A stretch of DNA of 64,000 nt from an uncultured Candidatus Saccharibacteria bacterium (GCA_964479005.1 CAYZJA010000001.1:224001-288000); one strand, 5' to 3'; positions 1 to 10,143 are shown, counted from the first letter of the stretch. Numbers and translations: made by a program. The notes: generated from the sequence alone by a model not told the origin.

Positions 1-2
1 AA

Positions 3-710
3 GGGGAAACTTCTGATGAACAAAAATCAGATATTTTCGATAAATTTAATCGAGGAGATATTAAAATATTAATAGGGACTGAAGCTCTTTTAAACCCTCA
101 ATTAAAAGCTGCCCATTTAGTAATAGTGGCTTCTGTTGATCCTGCGCTTTTCTTACCAGATTATTATAGCGAGGAAAGAGTGTTTTTAAACCTTTTAAAA
201 CTAAAAGCTTTGTCTAAAGAAAGATTAATAATACAGACATTAATTCCTGAGAATAAATTATTCCAATATCTTATAAAAAACGAAGGAAAAAAATTTCTAC
301 AAGAAGAAAAAAGATGGCGAAAAGATTATCTTTGGCCTCCCTATGTTCAATTAATAAAATTGACACTTTCTGACAAAGATCAAAAAAAGGGGGTGAAAGA
401 AGCTGAAGAAACAAAAAGAAATTTAGAGCAAGCCATAAATAAGTTAATTCCAGAAAACCATCAAAAAGATTTTATTATTTTAGGACCTGCGCAAGCCTTT
501 GTTTTTAAAGAAAAAAGCTTTTATAAATGGAATATTTTGGTAAAATATAAGTACTTTGAAAGTAAAATTAAAGAAGAGATTAACTCTTTGTTAGGACTCA
601 ATTTACTTTCACCTGTTTTAACTAAAAAAGAATTAATGCTCAGAAATAAAATTTTAAAATACGTTCCTTTAAACTGGAAAATTGATGTTGATCCAATAAA
701 TATATTGTAA
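3..710 (+). CDS. priA: Primosomal protein N' (PriA), C-terminal fragment running in from the window start
   Basis: The reading frame is open from position 3. The translation GETSDEQ...ILIGTEALLNPQLKAAHLVIVASVD resembles the PriA helicase C-terminal region, and the priA-def-fmt gene order is conserved. Confidence 0.65.
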   Translation, partial: GETSDEQKSDIFDKFNRGDIKILIGTEALLNPQLKAAHLVIVASVDPALFLPDYYSEERVFLNLLKLKALSKERLIIQTLIPENKLFQYLIKNEGKKFLQEEKRWRKDYLWPPYVQLIKLTLSDKDQKKGVKEAEETKRNLEQAINKLIPENHQKDFIILGPAQAFVFKEKSFYKWNILVKYKYFESKIKEEINSLLGLNLLSPVLTKKELMLRNKILKYVPLNWKIDVDPINIL

Positions 711-729
711 GAACCTGCTTTACAGAACC

Positions 730-1224
730 TTGTTTTTCATTTCATTCAAAATAATGGAAATACTTACTGGAGAAAATAATAAAACCTTAAGACAAAAAAG
801 CCTTCCTGTGAAGCATATTAACACAAATGTGCGTAGTTTGATTGAACAGATGAAAGATGTGGTAAGACAAAATAATGGAGTAGGATTAGCGGCAATTCAG
901 ATAGGAGAACCTACTCGCATTATTATTTGTGAAATAGACGATAAGTTTTATACTTTTATTAATCCTGAAATCATAAAGTTTTTTCCAGAAACTTCAGTAA
1001 TGGAAGAAGGCTGTTTAAGCTTGCCAAATATTTATGGTGAGGTAGAAAGACCAAAAAAAATATCTCTAAAAGCCATTAATTTTGACGGCAAAAAGATAAA
1101 AATGAAAGCTTTTGGTTTATTAGCGAGAGTAATTCAACATGAATTAGATCATCTTGATGGTGTGCTCTTTATTGATAAAGCAAAAAATATAACAAAACAA
1201 ATACGAAAAACAGCAGCTCTATAA
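730..1224 (+). CDS. def: Peptide deformylase
   Basis: Motifs GVGLAAIQ, EGCLSLP and HELDHLDG are present. The ORF begins with a TTG start. Confidence 0.9.
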   Translation: MFFISFKIMEILTGENNKTLRQKSLPVKHINTNVRSLIEQMKDVVRQNNGVGLAAIQIGEPTRIIICEIDDKFYTFINPEIIKFFPETSVMEEGCLSLPNIYGEVERPKKISLKAINFDGKKIKMKAFGLLARVIQHELDHLDGVLFIDKAKNITKQIRKTAAL

Positions 1225-1228
1225 AATT

Positions 1229-2167
1229 ATGCGCTTTATATTCTTTGGTTCATCTAAATTTGCAGAAATAATACTTAATAAACTTCTTAAATCTGATATG
1301 AAGCCAGTTTTAGTAGTAACTACTCCACCCAAACCAAAAGGGAGGAAAAAAATTCTTTCCCCTACCCCTGTTTATAATTTAGCTAAACAAAATAATATCC
1401 CTGTACTTACACCAGAAAAATTAGAAGACGAAGAGTTTTTATCAACTTTTAAAGATTATAATCCGGACTTAGTGATTCTTACTGCTTATGGAAAGATTAT
1501 TCCTTCAAAATTGCTATCAATTCCCAAAAAAGGAGTTCTGAATCTTCATCCGTCCCTCCTCCCCAAATGGCGCGGAGCTACTCCTATTCAATCAACTATT
1601 TTAGCAGGTGATAATGAAACAGGCGTTACCTTATTTTTAATGGATGAAGAAATAGATCACGGACCAATAATACAAGATGCAAAATACAAGATACAAGATA
1701 CAAGAATCATTTATCCGGAGTTAAGTAAAGAATTGGCAGAATTAGGAGTAGATCTTATAATCAAAACTGTACCACTGTGGTTTGAAGGAAAAATTAAACC
1801 AATGCCGCAAAATCATTCTTTAACAAGTTATTGCCATAAAATTTTACCTAAAGATGAAAAAATAAATTGGGAAAAATCATCTATAGAAATAGATAGAAAA
1901 GTAAGAGCTTTAAATCCTAAACCAGGCGTTTTTACCATAGCGAATGATATAATTATCAAGATAGTTAAAGGTTATCCAATAGATGATCCAACTCTTTATA
2001 CTGATAAGCCAGTGGGTTCTATTTTTCAATTTCAAGATAAATTGGCAGTTAAATGTGGCAAAGGGATTTATATCATTGAAGAATTAAAACCAGCAGGAAA
2101 AAACACGATGAATAGCGAAAGTTTCTTAAGGGGTAATAAATGGATATTAGAGATTAAATTATTATAA
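1229..2167 (+). CDS. fmt: Methionyl-tRNA formyltransferase
   Basis: An N-terminal formyltransferase domain is present, with LNLHPSLLPKWRG and HGP motifs. Confidence 0.9.
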   Translation: MRFIFFGSSKFAEIILNKLLKSDMKPVLVVTTPPKPKGRKKILSPTPVYNLAKQNNIPVLTPEKLEDEEFLSTFKDYNPDLVILTAYGKIIPSKLLSIPKKGVLNLHPSLLPKWRGATPIQSTILAGDNETGVTLFLMDEEIDHGPIIQDAKYKIQDTRIIYPELSKELAELGVDLIIKTVPLWFEGKIKPMPQNHSLTSYCHKILPKDEKINWEKSSIEIDRKVRALNPKPGVFTIANDIIIKIVKGYPIDDPTLYTDKPVGSIFQFQDKLAVKCGKGIYIIEELKPAGKNTMNSESFLRGNKWILEIKLL

Positions 2168-3189
2168 TGCTTTTATTCTTTAAAAAATATGGTCATATAA
2201 TTTTAAGCCTTTTTTTGCTTATTATTTTTGGGTTTTTTGTCAGTAATGGGCTAATAGAAAAAAAATATTTGACTTCATCGTTAATCCAACCAAATGCGGA
2301 AATAATTATTGATTCCTTTGATAAATCAAATTTAGAGCATTTAAATATTGAAATTCCGCAACATATTAATCTAACTAATTTTTATAGAACATATGGACAG
2401 AGAATGTTAGGTAATGAAAATATAAAAATAATCAGCAGAGAGGAATGGGGCGCTGATAATCGTTATTCTGATCCTCAATTCATAGAAGATTTCTGTCAGA
2501 AAAATTATTGCTATGAAGATAGATATAATCCTGAAGATACGTTTTCTGAAAAAGAATATTGGAGATCTCTTGAATTATTAATTAATTACAACCAAAATTT
2601 TAAATCATACGATAATTTTTTTCTCCAGAGCCTAAAAAAAGAAAATGGTTTTGTCTATTATTATCTGCCGGTAGAGGAAATTGTTGTTCATCATACTGCC
2701 GGAAAATTTACTACAAATTTTGAAGAATCAAAAAAAGAATTGCGAAAAATTCATCTTATGACAGCTGCTCAAAGAAAATGGAGGGATATTGGATATCATT
2801 ATTTAATAGATGGTAATGGCAGGATTTACGAAGGAAGTTTGGGAGGAAAATATTCAGTCGGAATTCATGCTTATGGGCATAACAAAGGAACAGTGTCTAT
2901 TTCTTTAATGGGTGATTTTCGCCCTGACCATGATAAATTAACTAAGGCAATGGAAAAAGCCTTTATTAATCTTGTTGAATATTTGATTACTGAATATGAA
3001 TTAGATATTAACCAAGAAGAATTTTATCTTCGAAAGCCAAACTTATCTGGTCGGGAAATGAACAAAAATATCATAAAAGGACATATGGAATTGGATATTA
3101 GAGAAGAACCGACAGAATGTCCTGGAATAGACCCAGAATATCTCAGAGGATTAATCTATCCTTCTTTAAAAACTTCTGCGCTATATTGA
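2167..3189 (+). CDS. Membrane-anchored N-acetylmuramoyl-L-alanine amidase (Amidase_2/PGRP domain)
   Basis: An N-terminal TM helix is followed by a C-terminal VVHHTAG...GYHYLID...ECPG pattern typical of zinc amidase_2. Confidence 0.7.
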   Translation: MLLFFKKYGHIILSLFLLIIFGFFVSNGLIEKKYLTSSLIQPNAEIIIDSFDKSNLEHLNIEIPQHINLTNFYRTYGQRMLGNENIKIISREEWGADNRYSDPQFIEDFCQKNYCYEDRYNPEDTFSEKEYWRSLELLINYNQNFKSYDNFFLQSLKKENGFVYYYLPVEEIVVHHTAGKFTTNFEESKKELRKIHLMTAAQRKWRDIGYHYLIDGNGRIYEGSLGGKYSVGIHAYGHNKGTVSISLMGDFRPDHDKLTKAMEKAFINLVEYLITEYELDINQEEFYLRKPNLSGREMNKNIIKGHMELDIREEPTECPGIDPEYLRGLIYPSLKTSALY

Positions 3190-3737
3190 TAAACTTCCAA
3201 GTTCATCTTTTTCCATTCATTTTTATCTAATCCTGCTTTTTCGCATAAATGAGAAATAAACAATTCAGCAGAAGTTAAATCTTCCCAGACCTGCGGTAAA
3301 AAGGTGGCTTGATAACCTCCTTTTTTTATTAATAAACCTGGCTTGTATTTATCTAAATATTTAAGAAAAGAATCTGAACTGGTAAAATCTGGGAGTTTTT
3401 TTAATTCTGATAAAACAGAAATTTCTATTTTTATATCATTTAATTCATCATTTTTTAAAGGCGTAAAGCGAGCATCAAGCAAAGCGCTTGCCAAACAATT
3501 ATCAATTACGCTTTGATAAATTGGTTTTTTACTTTCTAGATCGCCTATGCAACCTCTTAATTTATCATTTTTCCATAAGGTGACGAAAGTTCCACTTTTT
3601 TCTTTTAAAGTTTGCGGCAAATCATCTTCATTAATTTGAAGAATTCCTTCGTCTTGAAAGTATTTTTGCATAGCCCTTCTGACTAATTTTAAAAAGTATT
3701 TTTTATGTTCTTTATTCATAATATGCAATACTCGCAT
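3156..3737 (-). CDS. AMMECR1 domain protein (AmmeMemoRadiSam system protein A)
   Basis: The LRGCIG motif of the AMMECR1 fold is present. The ORF overlaps the downstream MEMO1 gene in an operon arrangement. Confidence 0.85.
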   Translation of the reverse strand: MRVLHIMNKEHKKYFLKLVRRAMQKYFQDEGILQINEDDLPQTLKEKSGTFVTLWKNDKLRGCIGDLESKKPIYQSVIDNCLASALLDARFTPLKNDELNDIKIEISVLSELKKLPDFTSSDSFLKYLDKYKPGLLIKKGGYQATFLPQVWEDLTSAELFISHLCEKAGLDKNEWKKMNLEVYQYSAEVFKEG

Positions 3738-4503
3738 ATCCTACAACTTGGTTTTTATCCCCACTAGTTTCTCCGGAATTCATAGCGCATAAGAGTTTAG
3801 GTTTCCATTGTTTTTTATCCGCAATATTTAATAAAATCTCAATTGATGTTTTTCCACAAGCATTACCATATTCATTAAATCGCTCAATATCATTTGCTAA
3901 TATCGCGTCAATTGTTACTTTGTCTATCATCTTTGCTTCATTATATGGTAAATAATGGCTTAAGTCAGAGCTAATCAAAAAAAGAGTTTTCTCGTCATAA
4001 ATTGATAACAAGATATCGCTAACTTTTCTATAATCAACAATATTGCCAGTTAATAAAGGAAAAATCTGAGAATCGTCTAAAACTGTTTGTAAAAATGGCA
4101 ACTGAACTTCTAATGAATGTTCTGGCTGATGAATTTCAGATGATTCAATAATTTCTTTTTTGTTTTTAAGTTTTGGAAAATCGTCTTTTGATAATATTTC
4201 TATCTTTCCTAATGGTGTTTGCCAATATTCTTTAGCGCAAGAAATAAGATTATCAAATGAAAAATGATGGCTAGGTCCCAAGAGAAAAATCTTTTCATAT
4301 GAACAATTTTCTATAAGTTTAAAAGCGTATGCGGCTATTGGACCAGAATATACATATCCTGCATGAGGAACAATAAGGGCTTTGACTGACAACTGATGTT
4401 TTTCTACTGTCGCATTATCCAAAAAACCCTTGATTTGTTGTTTTAAAATATCAGGATCATCAGGATAAAAACTACCAGATACAGTTGGATGTCTTAATTC
4501 CAT
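3712..4503 (-). CDS. MEMO1-family protein (AmmeMemoRadiSam system protein B)
   Basis: The LIVPHAGYVYSGPIAA motif of the MEMO1 family is present. Confidence 0.85.
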   Translation of the reverse strand: MELRHPTVSGSFYPDDPDILKQQIKGFLDNATVEKHQLSVKALIVPHAGYVYSGPIAAYAFKLIENCSYEKIFLLGPSHHFSFDNLISCAKEYWQTPLGKIEILSKDDFPKLKNKKEIIESSEIHQPEHSLEVQLPFLQTVLDDSQIFPLLTGNIVDYRKVSDILLSIYDEKTLFLISSDLSHYLPYNEAKMIDKVTIDAILANDIERFNEYGNACGKTSIEILLNIADKKQWKPKLLCAMNSGETSGDKNQVVGYASIAYYE

Positions 4504-5531
4504 ATTCCTTTTATTTTTGTATTACATTTTGGGCATTTCTCGTTTTTCAAATTATTTTCTAAGACTTCCATACCCCATCGTTCTATGATAAGTGAATTAC
4601 ATTTTGGGCAATAAGTACTTTCATAATCAGAATTTGGTATATTTCCAGTATAAATATATCGTAATCCAGCTTTTTTACCGATTTCACAAGCATTAATTAA
4701 AATTTCTTGGGATGTGGGCGCTTGAGTAAGCATTTTATAGCATGGATAAAAAGCAGAAATATGCCATGGCAAGTCTTTGGAAATTCCTACCAGAAATTTT
4801 GCTATTTGTTTTAGTTCTTTTGTGGAATCATTAAATCCAGGAATTACTAAAGTAGTAACTTCTATCCAAATTCCCATTTTCCAGATTTTTTTAATATTCT
4901 CTTTAACTGGCTCTAATCGTCCCTTACAAGTTTTTCGATAAAACTTTTCTGAAAAACTTTTTAAATCTATGTTAATTGCGTCAAGATAAGGCGCGATAAA
5001 ATTAAGGGTTTTTTCTGTCATAAAACCATTAGAAACCCATATATTTTTAATCCCCTCTTTTTTTGCTAATCTCATTGTATCTAAAGCGTATTCTGCCCAA
5101 ATAGTAGGTTCATTATACGTATAAGCTATAATGGGAATATTGTTTTCTTTGCAATAATTTACTATTTTTTCTGGTCCCCATTCTTCTCCATAATGTTTTA
5201 TGCCCTGAATTTTGTCAAAAGGTTTTGGGGCTTGAGAAATTTCCCAGTTTTGACAAAAATCACAATCAAAATTGCATCCTAAAGTTCCTAAAGAAAAAGC
5301 TTTCTGGCTTGGTAAAAAATGAAAAAGAGGCTTTTTTTCTATGGGATCAATATTTACACTTATAGCTTTCCCGTAAACTAAAAGATAAAGGTCGCCATTT
5401 ATATTTTGACGCACCCCACAAATTCCAATTCTTTTATTGTTAATGAGGCACTGGTTATGACAAGCCAGACATTGAACTTTATTATCCTTTAATTTTTCAT
5501 AAAGAATCGCCTTTTTCATATTTTTATACAT
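4494..5531 (-). CDS. AmmeMemoRadiSam system radical SAM enzyme
   Basis: A GCNFDCDFCQNW radical SAM cysteine motif is present, plus a C-terminal Cys cluster. The gene is translationally coupled to the MEMO1 and AMMECR1 genes. Confidence 0.85.
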   Translation of the reverse strand: MYKNMKKAILYEKLKDNKVQCLACHNQCLINNKRIGICGVRQNINGDLYLLVYGKAISVNIDPIEKKPLFHFLPSQKAFSLGTLGCNFDCDFCQNWEISQAPKPFDKIQGIKHYGEEWGPEKIVNYCKENNIPIIAYTYNEPTIWAEYALDTMRLAKKEGIKNIWVSNGFMTEKTLNFIAPYLDAINIDLKSFSEKFYRKTCKGRLEPVKENIKKIWKMGIWIEVTTLVIPGFNDSTKELKQIAKFLVGISKDLPWHISAFYPCYKMLTQAPTSQEILINACEIGKKAGLRYIYTGNIPNSDYESTYCPKCNSLIIERWGMEVLENNLKNEKCPKCNTKIKGIWN

Positions 5532-5662
5532 TATACCAAAAATTTGAAAAATATTCCTACTATTGATAAATAACCAATAATCTGGTATAATCTAAACACA
5601 TAAAATGGTTCCTTTACAATCTTAATTTTAAAATTCTAATTAATTTTTAGGAGGTAGAATAA

Positions 5663-6004
5663 ATGTATTTATTGGATTTATTTAGAAAAAAGATTTTTCC
5701 TTTTTCTTCTATTTTCTCAAATTCTAGAGAAATAGAAAACAAGTACATAGTTTGTTTCTATCCAGAGACAATACAAAATCTCATGAGAATTAAATGGCTT
5801 TTAGAAAGATCTAAACCAGAAAGTAAAAAATGCTCCGAGAATAATAATGAATCCACGGCAGAACTTTTTAGAAAAGTTGTAGGTGTTGCATATACTATTC
5901 TATTTTATTCATCTAATGGATGCAAGGTAATAATAGAAAAAAGAAAGAAGAAGAATTCGAAAATTTGCTGGCGTAAATACTTCTCTATCTTAAAAAATAA
6001 TTAA
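5663..6004 (+). CDS. Hypothetical protein
   Basis: A strong SD (TTAGGAGGTAG) and an upstream TTGATA...TGGTATAAT promoter precede the ORF. The product has no recognisable domain. Confidence 0.45.
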   Translation: MYLLDLFRKKIFPFSSIFSNSREIENKYIVCFYPETIQNLMRIKWLLERSKPESKKCSENNNESTAELFRKVVGVAYTILFYSSNGCKVIIEKRKKKNSKICWRKYFSILKNN

Positions 6005-6040
6005 TAAGAAATAAATTTTACTTAGATTAGAAGTTTAAAA

Positions 6041-6063
6041 GGGCACTTTAGTTGCCCTTTTTC
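6041..6063. terminator. Bidirectional rho-independent terminator
   Basis: A GGGCACTTTAGTTGCCC hairpin is flanked by an A-run and a T-run, between convergent genes. Confidence 0.6.
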
Positions 6064-6171
6064 ATTTTTTTATTTTAATCTTTTTTACTTTTTTTACTTT
6101 TCGAATTCTAAACGAAGACGGCGTCCGATAAGCTGTTTTATGAGGCTTAAACTGTCTCGCCCAATTTTTCA

Positions 6172-6666
6172 TTAATTCTTTATCCGTTTATTCCAATAGG
6201 CTCGAATTATTTTTCTTGTTCCATTATAAGTCCAATGATGAATCACGGGAAAATTATGATAAGCCCAAATACTTACGGCTTTTTCATAGCCAATATAAAA
6301 TCCAATATGATAATGTTTTTCGCGTTTTTTTACCTGTTTATCAGCAAGTAATTTTCTTTCCCAAATTAAAACACTGCCTTTAGGCATCTTAGGGGAAGTA
6401 GAAATTTTTTCCCAACCTGATTTTTTTAAATCTTTTTCTGTGCCATTTACAGTAAGATGAAGACCTTCAATAAGATCAAAAAGCTTTAAAATAGAGCTGG
6501 CAAAAAAAGCGCATGAAGCTAAGCCATTATGAACAATATCCTTTCTTTTTCCGTTTACCAAAGCATAATAATTACTCCAAATTACTGATCCGCAAGAATT
6601 CTCTACTATCGCTAAATAGGTATCTTTCAAAAGTGTTTTTACTGAAAGTTTTTTAGTTTTAGACAT
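6172..6666 (-). CDS. Hypothetical protein with conserved Cys and His residues (possible NlpC/P60-like hydrolase)
   Basis: Conserved CAFFASS and HYHIGFYIG segments are present. The domain assignment is a guess. Confidence 0.45.
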   Translation of the reverse strand: MSKTKKLSVKTLLKDTYLAIVENSCGSVIWSNYYALVNGKRKDIVHNGLASCAFFASSILKLFDLIEGLHLTVNGTEKDLKKSGWEKISTSPKMPKGSVLIWERKLLADKQVKKREKHYHIGFYIGYEKAVSIWAYHNFPVIHHWTYNGTRKIIRAYWNKRIKN

Positions 6667-6692
6667 GATTTTAATCTATTATATTGTATTTA

Positions 6693-7235
6693 TTATATCA
6701 TAGAAAATTCACACCCGCAGTATCTTTGACGATAAAGGTGATATTTTTTGGAAAGTTTTAAGCCAAGCCCGTATGCTTTATTAAAATCTATATCAAACCT
6801 TTTATATTTAATTTTATATTTATTTGCTAAAGATTTGCCATATTTATTAATAAATTCTGTATTTTTAAAGCGATTTACGTTTAAAGTAGTAGTAAATTCA
6901 TCAAAATTATTTTTTTTGGCAAATTTAACGGTTTCTTCCAAACGAAAACGAAAACAACTTAGACACCTTTCGCTGTTTTCTGAATAAAATTCAGGCAATT
7001 GAGGCAATGATTTTTTAACATAATCTAACCACTTACTGTGTTCATATCCTCCTATAATCAATTTTAACCTATAAATTTCAGATATTTTTTCCACATCTTT
7101 TAATCTTTTTTCATATTCTCCTTGAGGATAAATATTAGGATTATAAAAATACAAAGTAATATCTTTTACTTTTTCTCTTAATAAATATTCAATTATTGGC
7201 AATGCGCACACAGCGCAACAAGTATGAAGAAGCAT
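6693..7235 (-). CDS. queH: Epoxyqueuosine reductase QueH (DUF208)
   Basis: The N-terminal LLHTCCAVC and C-terminal YCGCEFS motifs are characteristic of QueH. The gene is adjacent to tgt and queA. Confidence 0.85.
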   Translation of the reverse strand: MLLHTCCAVCALPIIEYLLREKVKDITLYFYNPNIYPQGEYEKRLKDVEKISEIYRLKLIIGGYEHSKWLDYVKKSLPQLPEFYSENSERCLSCFRFRLEETVKFAKKNNFDEFTTTLNVNRFKNTEFINKYGKSLANKYKIKYKRFDIDFNKAYGLGLKLSKKYHLYRQRYCGCEFSMI

Positions 7236-7288
7236 AAAATCAAATTAACAATTAACACAGAACAATTAATAATTAATTAAGCAATAAT

Positions 7289-7357
7289 AAGGCGAGAAGA
7301 TGTTGTTGAAAAAACGATAACGATTAGCGTGTTTTTGAGATAATATCTTCTCGCCTT
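7289..7357 (-). ncRNA. Conserved hairpin element, copy 1 (variable outer stem, conserved 45-nt core)
   Basis: A 13-bp perfect outer inverted repeat (AAGGCGAGAAGAT / ATCTTCTCGCCTT) encloses the core ATGTTGTTGAAAAAACGATAACGATTAGCGTGTTTTTGAGATAATAT. A second copy lies at 34067-34134 with a different but self-complementary outer stem. Confidence 0.5.
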
Positions 7358-7359
7358 TA

Positions 7360-8481
7360 CTATCTATTTGCCATCCGTAATGTTTCTATTAGTCTCATCA
7401 TAAATCTTAAATTATGAATACTTGCTAAACGCAAATAAAGAGACTCTTTAACTGAATATAAGTGATGAAGGTAGGCTCTGGAAAAATTTTGACAAGTATA
7501 ACAATCACAGTTTTTATCAATAGGATTGTTATCATTCTCAAAGCGGTTGTTAGATATTCTTAAACATCCTTTTTCAAATTCTGACTCAAAACTATAGAGA
7601 GAACCATGCCGAGCTGTTCTTGTTGGTGCAACACAATCAAACATATCAACTCCCCTTTTTACAACTTCGATTATATCATAAGGTGAAGCGCCTAATCCCA
7701 TAGTATAGCGAGGTTTATTTTCTGGTAAAAAATCCTGCAAATAATCTAAAATCTCTAATGTTTTTGGCATATTATAACCAATTGTTTCTCCACCTAATGC
7801 GATTCCATCAAAAGGAAGACTGGTAATAAACTTGGTTGATTCTTTTCTTAAATCTTCAAAAATTCCTCCTTGAATAATTCCGAAAATCAAAGGCGGTTTT
7901 TGTCCTAAGCTTATACATTTTTTACTAAGTTCTTGATGTTTTTTTAATGACCTTTCTGCCCAGCGATGAGTTCTTTCCATTGATTTTTTCGCGTATTCTT
8001 TGTTATCAGAATCAGGACTGCATTCATCAAAAGCCATAATAATATCACAACCTAATTTATGTTGAATTTCTATTGATTTTTCAGGTGTAATTAGATGTTT
8101 TGACCCGTCAATTGGGGATGAAAATTCTACACCATTTTCACTGATTTTAGCTAACTTCTGCCCTTCTTTTGCTCTATTTTTAGCAAAGCTCCATACTTGA
8201 AACCCTCCAGAATCGCTCAGAATAGGCCCAGACCAGCCCATAAATCGATGAATGCCTCCTTGAGCATTAATTAGATCTTCCCCTGGCTGTAAGTGTAAAT
8301 GAAGCGTATTAACCAAGAGTATCTCTATACCAATTTTACTTAAATCATCAGGCCCAACTGCTTTAACAGTTGCTTGAGTTCCAGGCGGCATAAAAATTGG
8401 TGTTTTTACAATATCATGATTTGTTGATATTTCGCCCAAACGAGCTCTATCAACCTTAGATTTTTTAATAATTTTAAACAT
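7360..8481 (-). CDS. tgt: Queuine tRNA-ribosyltransferase
   Basis: The LSDSGGFQ motif and full-length similarity to Tgt are present. Confidence 0.9.
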   Translation of the reverse strand: MFKIIKKSKVDRARLGEISTNHDIVKTPIFMPPGTQATVKAVGPDDLSKIGIEILLVNTLHLHLQPGEDLINAQGGIHRFMGWSGPILSDSGGFQVWSFAKNRAKEGQKLAKISENGVEFSSPIDGSKHLITPEKSIEIQHKLGCDIIMAFDECSPDSDNKEYAKKSMERTHRWAERSLKKHQELSKKCISLGQKPPLIFGIIQGGIFEDLRKESTKFITSLPFDGIALGGETIGYNMPKTLEILDYLQDFLPENKPRYTMGLGASPYDIIEVVKRGVDMFDCVAPTRTARHGSLYSFESEFEKGCLRISNNRFENDNNPIDKNCDCYTCQNFSRAYLHHLYSVKESLYLRLASIHNLRFMMRLIETLRMANR

Positions 8482-8483
8482 AA

Positions 8484-9569
8484 TTATACGATAAACATTG
8501 CGTCTCCAAACGAGAAGAATCTATATTTTTTTACAATAGCTTCTTGATAAACTTTTAAAATTAAATCTCTATCAGCAACCACGTTAAACGTGGTATCAGT
8601 CGCGTTAAACGCGACAAAAGCGGAAACCAACATTAATAAAGTGGACTTAGGAAGGTGAAAATTCGTAATCAAAGAGTCAACAAACTTAAATTTATATCCA
8701 GGATAAATAAATAAATTTGTTTGATCTCGTTTCGGTTTTAATTCTAAGCTTTCATCTACACAACTTTCTAAAACACGAGCTGCAGTAGTTCCAACAGCAA
8801 TAATCCTCTTGCCCTCTGATTTTGACTTATTAAGTATTTTAGCAGTATCTTTAGAAAGTTCAAAAAATTCAGAATGCATTTGATGTTTTGTAATGTCTTG
8901 CGATTTTACTGATAAAAAAGTTCCCAATCCTATATGTAAAGTAATAAATTGCATATCAATCCCCTTTTCTTCAATTTTTTTTAAAAGGTTTTTTGTAAAA
9001 TGAAACCCTGCAGTAGGAGCGGCAATTGAGCCTTCTTTTTCTGCATAAATTGTTTGATACTCTAAAAATGATCTTTCAGTAGGCTCGGTAATATAAGGCG
9101 GTAAGGGAAATTGCCCTAAAGATAAAGCCTCCTGTTTTAAATCCTCACCTTCCATATTAAAACATATGATTCTTTCATAATTTAAAACCTCTTTTATCTC
9201 CCCCTTTAATAATTTACTAAATTCAATAATTTGCCCTTGTTTTAATTGAGGTTTCCCAATAATTACCCATCGTTTAGGCCATGAGATAAAATCAAAAATT
9301 TCTTTATTCTCAGGCCGAATAAGAAGAATTTCCGCTTTTCCATGGCTTGGAATTTTCTTTCCATATAAACGTGCTGGTACTACTTTACTATTATTAAATA
9401 CTAAAACATCATTATCAGACAAATAATCTAATATCTCATAGAATTTTCTATGTTCTATTTTTTTACTTTTTCTATCTAATATTAAAAGACGCGAGTGATC
9501 TCGCGGCTCTATTGGTTCCTGAGCAATAAGCTCTTTTGGTAAATGATAATCAAAAAGCGAAATATCCAT
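8484..9569 (-). CDS. queA: S-adenosylmethionine:tRNA ribosyltransferase-isomerase
   Basis: The N-terminal FDYHLPKELIAQEP...VPARL pattern typical of QueA is present. Confidence 0.9.
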   Translation of the reverse strand: MDISLFDYHLPKELIAQEPIEPRDHSRLLILDRKSKKIEHRKFYEILDYLSDNDVLVFNNSKVVPARLYGKKIPSHGKAEILLIRPENKEIFDFISWPKRWVIIGKPQLKQGQIIEFSKLLKGEIKEVLNYERIICFNMEGEDLKQEALSLGQFPLPPYITEPTERSFLEYQTIYAEKEGSIAAPTAGFHFTKNLLKKIEEKGIDMQFITLHIGLGTFLSVKSQDITKHQMHSEFFELSKDTAKILNKSKSEGKRIIAVGTTAARVLESCVDESLELKPKRDQTNLFIYPGYKFKFVDSLITNFHLPKSTLLMLVSAFVAFNATDTTFNVVADRDLILKVYQEAIVKKYRFFSFGDAMFIV

Positions 9570-9575
9570 AAAAAA

Positions 9576-10118
9576 TCACTCTTTACAACAATCCATTATA
9601 CTTTTAATAATACCGCCTAATTTGTCAAAAACATTAAATTTTTTCCCTTTTGCTATTTCAATATTATTAGTTTCTTCCTCATTTCGTTGTCTAATATCCT
9701 TTACATCTATCAAATTTAAATTTAATCCCCAAAATATATCCCAAAGCGCATAAGCCTTATCAAATAAATCTCTTGCCTCTTTTTCTTCTTTGTTTCCCAG
9801 TTTTTTAGTTCCTACTTCCATTAGCCGCATACTTGCAGATAATAGATGCTTTGAAATACACCAAATTTCTCCATCAGGATTTTTAACAATCTTTGCTAAT
9901 AGCTCTTTTCGAGAATCCCTTGTTTTATTAAGCAAGTCTAAATACTTTTTGTCTTTGGTTTTTTCATAAGTAAAAAAGAAATGTTCTTCCATGGAAATTA
10001 AATTCATAACAGCAATACCTAAATCTTCCTTAGATGATAAATCCAAAGCATTCCCTTCTTCTTTTAATTTCTTTATTTTATTAAATAAGTCTGCGACTTT
10101 TTGTTCTTCAATATTCAT
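9576..10118 (-). CDS. Hypothetical protein
   Basis: A long ORF in the minus-strand operon with no recognisable motifs. Confidence 0.5.
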   Translation of the reverse strand: MNIEEQKVADLFNKIKKLKEEGNALDLSSKEDLGIAVMNLISMEEHFFFTYEKTKDKKYLDLLNKTRDSRKELLAKIVKNPDGEIWCISKHLLSASMRLMEVGTKKLGNKEEKEARDLFDKAYALWDIFWGLNLNLIDVKDIRQRNEEETNNIEIAKGKKFNVFDKLGGIIKSIMDCCKE

Positions 10119-10143
10119 AATTTTTAATAATTAAATGCTTTAA

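Noticed and set aside
6748-6987. 79-aa plus-strand ORF inside queH
   Set aside because: It is antisense to queH and has no SD.
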